64,000 nucleotides of DNA from Alkalispirochaeta sp. (GTDB lineage Bacteria > Spirochaetota > Spirochaetia > DSM-27196 > Alkalispirochaetaceae): positions 32,001 through 96,000 of the forward strand of contig CBDESZ010000026.1 of assembly GCA_965242725.1 (NCBI GenBank), given 5' to 3'. Numbering within the stretch: position 1 is the stretch's first letter; each line of letters begins with the position of its first letter. This document shows positions 52,301-61,792 of the stretch, piece by piece. Below the pieces are notes generated by a model. The model worked only from the letters and a program-made list of their open reading frames with translations, searched no databases and had not been told where the DNA came from. Made by a program: the position numbers and the translations under genes.

Positions 52301-52657
52301 ATGGATGCGAGGGAGACGTTGCGGCAGTTTTACCGGGACCGGGCGACCCGGAAGCGGGAGGATGTCCGGGAACGACGGGAGCGATTTGAGGCGCTTCTTC
52401 CGCATATTGTTGACGGTATTCTGGAACGCGACCCGGAGGTCTCCCGGATCATCCTCTTTGGATCCCTTGCGGAACGGAACGAAGGCGTCGTCAGGGATAT
52501 CGATATCGCCGTCGAAAGCACCGACTTTCTCAAGGTGAGCGGGTGGCTCTTGAGTCTGTCTGAACCTGTTGATGTCGTCGACTTGAACGATCTCTATCCC
52601 CATATCCGGGAGCGGGCGGAATCGAAGGGCAGGGTCCTGTATGAACGACGAGACTGA
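52301..52657 (+). CDS. minimal nucleotidyltransferase (MNT) antitoxin
   Basis: LFGSLA..DIDIAV, VDVVDL. Confidence 0.85.
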   Translation: MDARETLRQFYRDRATRKREDVRERRERFEALLPHIVDGILERDPEVSRIILFGSLAERNEGVVRDIDIAVESTDFLKVSGWLLSLSEPVDVVDLNDLYPHIRERAESKGRVLYERRD

Positions 52658-53117
52658 TCGCGCACTGCTGATAGCGGAGCTGGAAGGTGATCTGGCGGCG
52701 CTTCCGGAACTCCTGGCGAGCAATCACAAAAGTATGGAGCGAATCGGTGCGGGAGCAACGGACGATCTGGATTATGCAGCTCTCGGATACACTCTTCATA
52801 ATCTGTACAACCTGATCGAAAATTCCTTTTTTCGTATAGCAAAGCATTTTGAAAATGAACTCGGCAGTGAAGGATGGCACAAGGAGCTTCTGCATCGGAT
52901 GACCCTTTTCATCGAGGGAATCCGCCCGCGGGTAATCGACCGGCCGACGGCGGAACAGATTGATGAACTGAGAGCCTTTCGCTACGTTTTTCGGAATATG
53001 TATCGAAAAAGCCTTGATCCGGAGAAGCTGCTCCTCCTTCAGAAACGGCTGCCGGATATCGTGGATGCCTGGAGACGGGCAATACAGGATTTCATTGACC
53101 TCCTGAAGACCCTTTGA
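52641..53117 (+). CDS. HEPN (HepT-like) protein
   Basis: LHNLYN..E, WHKELL, LRAFRYVFRNMY; overlaps the MNT gene. Confidence 0.8.
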   Translation: MNDETDRALLIAELEGDLAALPELLASNHKSMERIGAGATDDLDYAALGYTLHNLYNLIENSFFRIAKHFENELGSEGWHKELLHRMTLFIEGIRPRVIDRPTAEQIDELRAFRYVFRNMYRKSLDPEKLLLLQKRLPDIVDAWRRAIQDFIDLLKTL

Positions 53118-53206
53118 TCGCTAGGAACAGCACGCCCGGCAGCCAACCGATCCGGGCGGCGGCGTCGGACAGAGGCGCGGCCCCGCGGGACGCCCGGCGT
53201 TCAATT

Positions 53207-53248
53207 AAAAAAAAGAAAATAAAAAAACCCGCCGCAAAGCGACGGGCT
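53207..53248 (-). terminator. intrinsic terminator downstream of tRNA-Asp
   Basis: GCCCGTCGC-TTT-GCGGCGGGT plus long T tracts on the minus strand. Confidence 0.8.
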
Positions 53249-53255
53249 TGAAGGT

Positions 53256-53329
53256 CGGGAGTGACGGGGATCGAACCCGCGATCTCCGGCTTGACAGGCC
53301 GGCGCGATAACCAACTTCGCTACACCCCC
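53256..53329 (-). tRNA. tRNA-Asp(GTC), CCA not encoded
   Basis: acceptor GGGGGTG/CACTCCC, anticodon arm CCGGC-CTGTCAA-GCCGG, T loop GTTCGAT. Confidence 0.95.
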
Positions 53330-53529
53330 TGAAGGCGATGCAACTGCCGCTTCGCGACAATTGCGATGTACGATTTATACCGATTGCGCCAACCTTTGTC
53401 AACGCCTTTTTCTGCGATTCCCTGCGTGCCCTGCAGCGCTTTGCGCGATCCGGCGCGGCGACGTCGGTTTCAGCGGCGCAGGGCGACGGCGCGGGGTGCA
53501 GTGCCCGCCAGTTTCACCTGGCGGCGGAC

Positions 53530-55572
53530 TCAGCCGGGCTGGGACGCCATGACGTCGTGGAGGCTTCCCCCGTTCTGGACGTTGGTAAATCCCAGCTGCT
53601 CGAGTATTCGCTTGCCGTAGGCGGAGCGGGCGCCGGATGCGCAGTAGAGGATGATTTCCCGGTCCCTATCGGTGATCTGCTCCGCCCAGTCGTACACGTC
53701 GTCCAGGTTGACGTTGATTGCGCCGGGATAAGCGCCCATTTGAAACTCCATCGGTGTACGAACATCGACGATGAGGGGGCCGTCGGCGGCAGGCGCGTTG
53801 TCGGCGGCCGCCGCGTCCGTATCACCCTCTGCCTGGTCGCCTGCGTGCGCGCGTCCACCTCCCGCTTCCAGGTCTTCTATGGACTTCCGTTCCACCGGAA
53901 GGAGTCCGACCCTGATGCGGTCAAATCCCGCGGCCCGGGCGTGACGCTCCAGGGAGATGTATCCGCCGGAGAGGTTGTAGACCTTTTCAAATCCGGCGGC
54001 CTTGAGCATGCGCAGGGCGACGTGTCCTTTCTGACCGTCGTCACTGATGAGCAGGATTGCCTGGTCCCGGGGTATTTCGTCCATGTGGTCCCGGAGGATG
54101 TTCTGGCTGGCGTTGGAGCTGCCGGCGAGGTTGGCTTTCCGGAAAGAGATGGGATCCCGCAGGTCTATGGCAATGGGCTGCTCTTTCACGGCGAACTCCT
54201 GCACGTCCTGGGCGAGTATGGAAGGACTGAATCCGCTCATATGATTGGAGGCGGTAAATGCGGCCATGTTGACCGGTCCGTTGGGGCTGTTGAAGGGTGG
54301 TGCGTATGCGAGATCGAGCTCCTCCAGATCCGCCACGGTGAGTTCCCCGGCGATCGCCGTCGCCATGACGTCCAGGCGCTTGTCGATGCCGACGCGACCC
54401 GCCGCCTGAGCTCCCAGTACTTTGCCGCTTTCACGGTCGAAGATCACCATGAGGCTGACCTTTTCCGAACCGGGAAAATATGCGGTGTGGCTCGCCTTGT
54501 GAACCACCACGGCGTCGGCGTTGATTTTCTGTTTTCGCGCCGTCTTCAGGTTGAGTCCCACCGATCCGGCGACGGCACCGAAGACTTTCACGATCGATGT
54601 GCCCATGGCACCCTTGTAGACGCGGGAGCCTCCCAGGGCGTTTTCCGCGACCAGACGCCCCTGCCGATTGGCGGGTCCCGCAAGGGGCATGCGTACCGTT
54701 TGACCCATGACTGTGTGTTCGATTTCCACCATGTCTCCGGCGGCAAATATGTTCTCATCGCTCGTCTGTAGGCGGTTGTTCACCTTGAGGCCGCCGGCGG
54801 CACCCATTTCAAGTCCTGCTTCCTGAGCAAGGGTGAGGGTGGGGCGGACCCCGACGGAGAGAAGGACGAAGTCGGCATCCACATGTTCTCCCGAGTCGAG
54901 TACCAGGTGCCCATCGGCGATCTCCGTCACCGATCGACCGAGGTGGAGATTGATTCCGTAGTCAAGGAGTTCCTTCTGGAGAAATCCGGCAAATTCGCCC
55001 TCCAGATTGGGCATGACCTGGGGTACCATTTCCACGAGGCTCACGTCCATACCCCGTTTGGCGAGGGCTTCAACCATCTCCAGGCCGATAAAGCCGCCCC
55101 CCACGACGACCGCCTTTCGGGGTTCTTCGTTTTCTATGAACCGGTCGATGGCATCCATGTCATCCAGCGTCCACAGCTGAAAGACGTGGTCCTTTTCCAC
55201 ACCGGGAAGGGGCGGGACAACCGGCTTGCCTCCCTGGGCGAGAATCAGACTGTCATAGGAATGCTCCCGCTCCTCACCGGTGGAGAGGTTCCTGGAGAGC
55301 ACCACATTCCGCTCCCGGTCTATTTTCAGGGCTTCCGTCTCGGTATGGACGGTCACGCGATATTGGTCTTCAAAGGTCTGCGGGCTGGCGAGAATGAGGG
55401 ACGAACGGTGCTCGATGTCCCGTCCCAGATAGTAGGGAAGTCCGCAGTTGGCAAAGGATACGTCCGCTCCCCGTTCCAGAATGGTTATTTCCGCTTCTCC
55501 GTCCAGTCTGCGTGCCCGGGCGGCTGCTGTTGCACCGGCGGCAACGCCGCCTATGATTACTATTCGTTTCAT
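53530..55572 (-). CDS. CoA-disulfide/persulfide reductase with two rhodanese domains
   Basis: GGVAAG, SFANCGLPY, GGGFIG, YAPP; C-terminal YCASGARS. Confidence 0.9.
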   Translation of the reverse strand: MKRIVIIGGVAAGATAAARARRLDGEAEITILERGADVSFANCGLPYYLGRDIEHRSSLILASPQTFEDQYRVTVHTETEALKIDRERNVVLSRNLSTGEEREHSYDSLILAQGGKPVVPPLPGVEKDHVFQLWTLDDMDAIDRFIENEEPRKAVVVGGGFIGLEMVEALAKRGMDVSLVEMVPQVMPNLEGEFAGFLQKELLDYGINLHLGRSVTEIADGHLVLDSGEHVDADFVLLSVGVRPTLTLAQEAGLEMGAAGGLKVNNRLQTSDENIFAAGDMVEIEHTVMGQTVRMPLAGPANRQGRLVAENALGGSRVYKGAMGTSIVKVFGAVAGSVGLNLKTARKQKINADAVVVHKASHTAYFPGSEKVSLMVIFDRESGKVLGAQAAGRVGIDKRLDVMATAIAGELTVADLEELDLAYAPPFNSPNGPVNMAAFTASNHMSGFSPSILAQDVQEFAVKEQPIAIDLRDPISFRKANLAGSSNASQNILRDHMDEIPRDQAILLISDDGQKGHVALRMLKAAGFEKVYNLSGGYISLERHARAAGFDRIRVGLLPVERKSIEDLEAGGGRAHAGDQAEGDTDAAAADNAPAADGPLIVDVRTPMEFQMGAYPGAINVNLDDVYDWAEQITDRDREIILYCASGARSAYGKRILEQLGFTNVQNGGSLHDVMASQPG

Positions 55573-55682
55573 ATCGATCTCCCGTTATGTATAATAATTT
55601 ATATATAACAAGAGAGCGATTATCTGTCAAGGGGCGGCGATTTCGCGGTTCTGACTTTGCCGGGAGCCGGCGTTCCCGAGCG

Positions 55683-56468
55683 TTATGGGGCCGTCGGGGG
55701 AGCGACCTTCCGGAAGGTAACAATATCGCCGGGGGCACGACCGACGACTGTGTAGTTATACCGTCGCGAAACCCATGCCACCGTCTCCTCCGTCCAGAAC
55801 GAGACGTGGGTGTGATCGTTCCGGTACCACCAGCGGGTGAATTCGTCCCCGGTACCCGCAAAGAGACCCGTCCGAACGGCGAAGAGGCCTCCTTCTCTCT
55901 TCAGGAGCGAGTCAATTCTTCCAAGCTCCTTCCCGGGATTGTGAAAATGTTCAACCACTTCCACGGCGGTAATCGCATCGTATCGTTCTATGTGGGTGAG
56001 GGCGTCGGTTTCTGCCGTGAAAAAGGGGTCGTAGCCGGTTGCGTCATAGCCGCGCTCGCGGAGAAGCTCAACCAGAGCCGGTTCCGGACCGCTTCCGTAG
56101 TCGAGGACCGCCGGGGCACTCCCGGGGGCGACGCCTCCCGCACCGTTCTCGTGAGGCGCCGGGGCGCCCGGCTGCAGGAAGGGGGATAGGGCGCGTTCAA
56201 TAAATGTCGTAAGATAGCGGCGGTAGCGAGGGTCATCGAGGCTATTGTTGTGCTCCTGATAGCGCTCCCGCTCCTCCGCCGGAGCGGGAAGATCCGCCTC
56301 GGTACTTTGTATCAGACCGCATTCGGGACAGCGCATGTACCGCCATGTGCGGTGCCTTCCACCGATCCTTTCAGACATCGAGCCTCTCCGGACAGTTATC
56401 GGTGCGGAAATCCACAGTATCGCCGTCGTTCCGCATAGCCTGCACCGTTCGCTAATTGTTGACCGCAT
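55683..56468 (-). CDS. class I SAM-dependent methyltransferase with Zn-ribbon N-terminus
   Basis: CRLC..CPEC, LDYGSGP, YDPFF, EVVEH. Confidence 0.85.
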   Translation of the reverse strand: MRSTISERCRLCGTTAILWISAPITVRRGSMSERIGGRHRTWRYMRCPECGLIQSTEADLPAPAEERERYQEHNNSLDDPRYRRYLTTFIERALSPFLQPGAPAPHENGAGGVAPGSAPAVLDYGSGPEPALVELLRERGYDATGYDPFFTAETDALTHIERYDAITAVEVVEHFHNPGKELGRIDSLLKREGGLFAVRTGLFAGTGDEFTRWWYRNDHTHVSFWTEETVAWVSRRYNYTVVGRAPGDIVTFRKVAPPTAP

Positions 56469-56493
56469 ATGTTGCATTTACTATATTTTCCCC

Positions 56494-56913
56494 GTGGCAT
56501 CGAAGCTTCGCAAGAGTAAACAAAGAGATCGTATCTATCAGCTTCTCAAAATGAGCAGGCAGCACGTCACCGCGCACTGGATCTGTGAAACACTTCGGGA
56601 TGAGTTCCCGACGTTGAGTCTGGGAAACGTCTATCGCAATCTCAACATTCTCGCCGAACAGGGACTCGTCAACCGCCTCGGCTTCGGGAGCAACACCGAC
56701 GTCTATGAAGCGGTGAGAGAACCGCACTATCACTTTGTCTGTGAAGTGTGCGGGGCGATAGAAGACGTCAGGATTCCTGTCGATATGCAACAGACCGTTG
56801 AAAACCTCATTCGCGACCAGTACGGACATCTGGTAACGCGGAAATCCGTGGAGTTTCACGGCATTTGCAGTGCCTGTCGGGCGAGCAGGGCGGATACTCG
56901 CGACCCTATCTGA
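56494..56913 (+). CDS. Fur/PerR-family regulator
   Basis: SLGNVYRNL, HYHFVCEVCG, GICSAC. Confidence 0.9.
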   Translation: MASKLRKSKQRDRIYQLLKMSRQHVTAHWICETLRDEFPTLSLGNVYRNLNILAEQGLVNRLGFGSNTDVYEAVREPHYHFVCEVCGAIEDVRIPVDMQQTVENLIRDQYGHLVTRKSVEFHGICSACRASRADTRDPI

Positions 56914-58016
56914 TCGAGGGGCAGTATTTCCGTGGCCGCCTGCGCCTCAACGGCGGCGCGGGGCATACCATAGACAACCGATGTCGTCTCGTTCTGGATG
57001 ATCGTTGTTCCACCGGCGCGGTGTACGGCGACGCATCCTTCCGCACCGTCCCGTCCCATTCCCGTCAGGAGGACGGCGATGACGCCTTTGCCGTAGGACG
57101 ACGCGGCGCTCTCAAAGAGAATATCCACACTCGGTTTCTGAAACTGCCGTCGCTCTCCATCATTCAGCTCAACAGTATTCCGTTGTACAGTCATGTGAAG
57201 CCCCGACGGCGCCACAAGTATCGAGTCGGGTTTCAGTTCTTCCCCGCCCGTTGCGACGGAGACGTCGCGATGGGCCGTTTCACGAAGCCAGCGGGCAAAC
57301 CCTTCTGAAAATCCGTGGGAAATATGCTGTACTATCGCAACGGGAACGGGTATCGGTTCCGGCAGTTCCTGTATGACCGCCCTGATCGCCTGGGGACCGC
57401 CCGTCGATGCGCCGATGACGATGATAGTTCCGGGACGACGAGACGGTACGTGAACGTGGCGTGTTGTACCTCCGACTTCCGCGCTGGGGCGGAGGCCGGA
57501 GCGCGCGCCGGGACATGCTGCTTCTTCAGCCGCGACGGCGCGATAATGAGCCGGTGACGTGCGCCGCAGGGCGTACAGCGTCCGCAGGAGGGGCGCGCGG
57601 CCTTCCTCGGTGGTGAAGGCGCGAACATCGGGTCGACGTCGGATGAGGGTGAACCCCTCTCTTCTGAGGAGCGCTTCCCGTTGGATTGTAAACTCGGGAA
57701 TTAATACGAGTGAGGGTATGCGCGCCCGCCGCTGGACGCGGCGGGCGCTGTTGAGCTGCGCCGTATCGTCCGGGTTGAAGTCCAGCAGGAGCACATCCGC
57801 ACCCGCGGGAGCCGTCCCTGCGTCGCCCTCTCCCTCGGCCCCCGCGGCGTCTGCTTCTGCGGCGTCTCCTTTGTTTCCCGCGGCTCCCGCACCTCCCTGG
57901 CCGAGAAGGGACGCCTCCACGACAACACAATCTCCCTCGCTGCCGAAAGCGTTCGCAAGGAGCGTTCTCATTGTCGGTGAGGCGCTGAAGATTCGCAGTC
58001 GGATGAGGTCGTCCAC
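56856..58016 (-). CDS. cheB: CheB methylesterase with degenerate receiver domain
   Basis: GASTGGP, VQH, LTGMGRDGA, VVYGMP. Confidence 0.88.
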   Translation of the reverse strand: MDDLIRLRIFSASPTMRTLLANAFGSEGDCVVVEASLLGQGGAGAAGNKGDAAEADAAGAEGEGDAGTAPAGADVLLLDFNPDDTAQLNSARRVQRRARIPSLVLIPEFTIQREALLRREGFTLIRRRPDVRAFTTEEGRAPLLRTLYALRRTSPAHYRAVAAEEAACPGARSGLRPSAEVGGTTRHVHVPSRRPGTIIVIGASTGGPQAIRAVIQELPEPIPVPVAIVQHISHGFSEGFARWLRETAHRDVSVATGGEELKPDSILVAPSGLHMTVQRNTVELNDGERRQFQKPSVDILFESAASSYGKGVIAVLLTGMGRDGAEGCVAVHRAGGTTIIQNETTSVVYGMPRAAVEAQAATEILPLDQIGSRVSALLARQALQMP

Positions 58017-58162
58017 TTTGTCATTGTCGGCATGACGGGGAACCCGCCCGAGGCGATCCGTGGGGAAGTGTTGTTATAAGGCCGGTCATGCCGCTCCGGC
58101 AGACCGGGCCGACGCGCCGGCGGGATGTTTTCAGCAAAACGGGCCGACGCACCTGCGGGACG

Positions 58163-59443
58163 TTAAATCACCGTTCCTGCCGGCAGAGAGGTGTTCTTCG
58201 GAACGATGATAATGCCGTCACGCACGTAGCACCGGTCGTAATCACCGTCCGGGGGCACCCCGTCCCACCCGATTGAGCAATTGTCACCGATGCGGGTGTT
58301 CTTGTCGATGATTGCGTGGCGGATACGGCAGTTCTTCCCGATACCGACGGGAGGCAGCGATTTGCCGCCGTCCATACGCTCCGGGCCCGGCTCTTCATAG
58401 TAGTCCGCACCCATGCAAATGACGCCGTCCAGATGTGTGCCTTCACGGACGATCTTGCGGATGCCCACAACCGATCGCTCGATAACGTTATCCGTGAGAA
58501 TACAGCCGTCGGCGATCAGGGAATTGGAAATGCGGGCCGAATTGATCTTGCTCGGCGGAAGGTCGCGGCGGTGGGTGTATATGGGGCTGTTCTCGTCAAA
58601 AAGGTTGAACGCCGGTGTGATATCGGCGAGAGCGAGGCTGGTGTGGTAGAAGCTCTCGATCGTACCGATGTCTTCCCAGAATCCGTCAAAGAGATAGGCG
58701 TTGACCTCCATTTTGTCGATCATCATGGGAATCACTTCGTGGCCGAAGTCGGTGTACTGATTGTCCAGCGCCCGCTCCAGCGCATCGGCGTTGAAGACGT
58801 AAATGCCCATGGACGCCATGTAGTCCCGTCCGGGGCGGTAGTTGGGCACCGCATCCCTGGCGCCCTCGGGGATTTTCATGGCGGTAATGTCCTTTTCCAG
58901 CGGCGGCTTCTCGGTGAAGTTGTTGATCCGCAGCTCCTCGTCTACGGTGAGAATCCCGAATCCCACCGCCTCCTCCCGCGTTACCGGAAGGACCGCCACC
59001 GTTGCGTCGGCGCCGCTGGCCACATGCTTTTCGTAAAAGTCCTTCAGATCCATACGGTAGAGCTGGTCTCCCGAAAGGATCATGTAGTGGCTCGGTTTGC
59101 GGGTCCGGAAATGGACGAGATTCTTCCGTACCGCGTCGGCAGTTCCCTCATACCAGCCGCTGTGTTCAAAGGTCTGTTCCGCCGCGAGGATTTCGACGAA
59201 ACCCTTTGTAAAACTGTCAAAAATATAGGTGTTGTTGATATGTAAATGCAGCGAAGCCGAATTGAACTGGGTCAGTACGTATATTTCCTTGAAATTTGCA
59301 TTGATACTGTTTGAAAGGGGAATATCCACCAACCGGTATTTCCCTCCGAAGGGCACTGCCGGTTTGGAACGCTCTGCTGTCAGCGGGAAGAGACGCGTCC
59401 CTTTGCCTCCACCCATTACAACGGTCAGTACATCATTTGCCAT
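58163..59443 (-). CDS. glgC: glucose-1-phosphate adenylyltransferase
   Basis: GGGKGTRLFPLT, KPAVPFGG, GTADAVR, ASMGIY, WEDIG. Confidence 0.95.
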   Translation of the reverse strand: MANDVLTVVMGGGKGTRLFPLTAERSKPAVPFGGKYRLVDIPLSNSINANFKEIYVLTQFNSASLHLHINNTYIFDSFTKGFVEILAAEQTFEHSGWYEGTADAVRKNLVHFRTRKPSHYMILSGDQLYRMDLKDFYEKHVASGADATVAVLPVTREEAVGFGILTVDEELRINNFTEKPPLEKDITAMKIPEGARDAVPNYRPGRDYMASMGIYVFNADALERALDNQYTDFGHEVIPMMIDKMEVNAYLFDGFWEDIGTIESFYHTSLALADITPAFNLFDENSPIYTHRRDLPPSKINSARISNSLIADGCILTDNVIERSVVGIRKIVREGTHLDGVICMGADYYEEPGPERMDGGKSLPPVGIGKNCRIRHAIIDKNTRIGDNCSIGWDGVPPDGDYDRCYVRDGIIIVPKNTSLPAGTVI

Positions 59444-59502
59444 AATTTCAGTGTAAGACCGGCGACTGGAGCGGTCAAGGAAATACATGCTACCATACGG
59501 CG

Positions 59503-61792
59503 ATGGTAGCAGCCTTGATTGATGAACTGCGTGGCGACCGGGCGTTTATGGACAACGTCCGACACTGGCAGGTTGTGCCCGCCCGGGACGGGCGATACCG
59601 GGACATTCCCCCCTTTCTCGACGGCCGTATCGTGTCGGCGCTGCAGCGCCGCGGAATTGACCGGCTCTATTCCCATCAGGCCGATGCGATTGAGGCGGTG
59701 GCGGAGGGCCGGCACGTCGTGGTGGTGACGCCCACCGCTTCGGGAAAGACGCTGAGTTACAATCTTCCCGTCCTCAACCGTATTCTTTCCAACCCCGACT
59801 CGCGCTCCCTCTATCTCTTTCCCACCAAGGCGCTCAGCCAGGATCAGCAGGCGGAGCTCAACATGACCGTCGAGGAGGGGGGCCTGCCCGTCGCGGTGAT
59901 GACCTTCGACGGCGATACGCCCCAGGCTATTCGCGCCAATGCGCGACGGCAGGGACGGATCATCATTACCAACCCGGACATGCTTCATGCCGGAATCCTC
60001 CCCAACCACACAAAATGGGTGCAGTTCTTTCAGAATCTCGATTACGTCGTCATCGACGAACTGCACACCTATCGCGGGATTTTCGGCTCGCATGTGTGCA
60101 ACGTCATACGCAGGCTCAAGCGGATCGCGTCCTTTTACGGCGCCTCGCCGCAGTTCATCATGTGTTCCGCCACCATCGGCAATCCCGGAGAACTGGCGGA
60201 GCAGATGGTGGGGGAGCAGGTGCGTCTCATTGACGACAACGGGGCGCCCCAGGGGGAAAAGCACATCGTTCTGTACAATCCGCCGCTGGTGGACAGCGTT
60301 CAGGGTATCCGGCAGGGAATCGTCCACTCCTCACGCCTTCTGGCGCTGCGATTTCTCAAGGCCGGCGTGAGAACGATCGTCTTTTCCCGCTCCCGGCAGC
60401 GGACGGAGCTTGTGGCTGAGTATATCCGTAAGAGTCTGGCGAACCACTATACCGAAAACGGACGTATACGGGTGGAATCGTACCGCGGGGGCTATCTGCC
60501 CTCGGAGCGACGCGCCATCGAACGGGGTCTTCGGGACGGCTCCATTCACGGCGTGGTAAGTACCAACGCCCTTGAACTGGGTATCGACATCGGTGGTCTG
60601 GACGCCGCCGTCCTGGGCGGATTTCCGGGGAGTATCGCAGCCTCCCTGCAGCAGGCGGGCCGGGCCGGGCGGCGCCGGACGGTCTCTCTGGCGGTCCTCG
60701 TCGCCGGGGCATCGCCGCTGGATCAGTTCATCATCGAGCATCCGGAGTACTTCCTTGAGGGCAACCCGGAAAAGGCGTATATCAACCCGGACAACCCCTT
60801 CGTCCTCTACGACCAGCTCAAGTGCGCCGTCTTTGAACTTCCCATGGAAGAGGAAGAAACCTTTGCCCCCGACGCGCCCAACATGCTCATGCTTCTGGAA
60901 GAGGCGGGCGTCCTGCACCGGACGGGGCGGACCTATCACTGGGTTGAGCAGTCATACCCCGCGGAGGAGGTGAGTCTCCGCAGCGCCACCAGCGACAACG
61001 TCGTCATTGTCGATACCACCGCCGGTCGCAACGACGTAATCGGGGAAATGGACCGCCCCTCCGCCAAGGAGCTTCTCTTTAAGAAACGCAATATATCTCC
61101 ATCGGGGTTCCCAGTTTGTGGTGACCGAACTGGATATTGAAAACCGGCGCTGCTATGTCGCCGAGACGGACGTTAACTACTATACCGATTCCCTCGTCAA
61201 GGTCGATTTGCGGGTGTTGACTGAAGATGAACGCACGGCGTCACCGCAGTGTCAAACGGTAATAGGAGACGTGCTTGTTCGCAGTATCGTGGGCAAGTTC
61301 AAGAAGATCCGCTTTCAGTCCCATGAAAACGTGGGATACGGCGACATCGATCTCCCGGAGGAGCAGATGCACACCCGATCGGTGGTTTTCCTCTTTCCCC
61401 CGGAGACGGCGGTGGGAACCGCCCTTGAAGCGATGGCGGCTCCGGGACGCGCCGTGGCGCTCCAGCGGCTCGTACGTCTCCTGCGCAGCGTCGCTCCGGT
61501 GTATCTCATGGCGCAGACCCAGGATCTCGGCGTCCACGCGAGCGTCAGAGATCCGCACTTCAATATGCCCGCCTGCTATCTCTACGACCAGTACCCCGGA
61601 GGCAGCGGACTCTCCGAGGCCTTTGCCCTTCGCTATGAATGGATCGTCAACGCCGCGGTTGAGCGGGTGACCGAATGCATGTGTGACGGCGGCTGTCCCT
61701 CCTGTGTTGGTCCGCCGGATATTCACGACGGATGGGACGGCAATCCCAAGGAGGCGGTGATGCTCCTGCTCTCCGCCTGGACGCATGGGTGA
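59503..61792 (+). CDS. MrfA/YprA-like DEAH helicase with DUF1998-type C-terminus; one frameshift near 61085
   Basis: TASGKT, DELH, SATIGNP, TNALELGIDIG, QAGRAGR, CMCDGGCPSC. Confidence 0.88.

Noticed and set aside
40868..53117. Integron cassette array (many small genes and TA pairs)
   Set aside because: No attC-like RYYYAAC..GTTRRRY repeats seen between genes, mixed orientations and no integrase.
38400..53329. Integrative element bounded by a tRNA-Asp att duplication
   Set aside because: I could not find a second copy of the tRNA 3' end or a recombinase by eye.
61078..61120. Programmed frameshift in the helicase
   Set aside because: Removing one A from AAGAAAC restores LFKNAIYLHRG; this is the same error type as the other indels.
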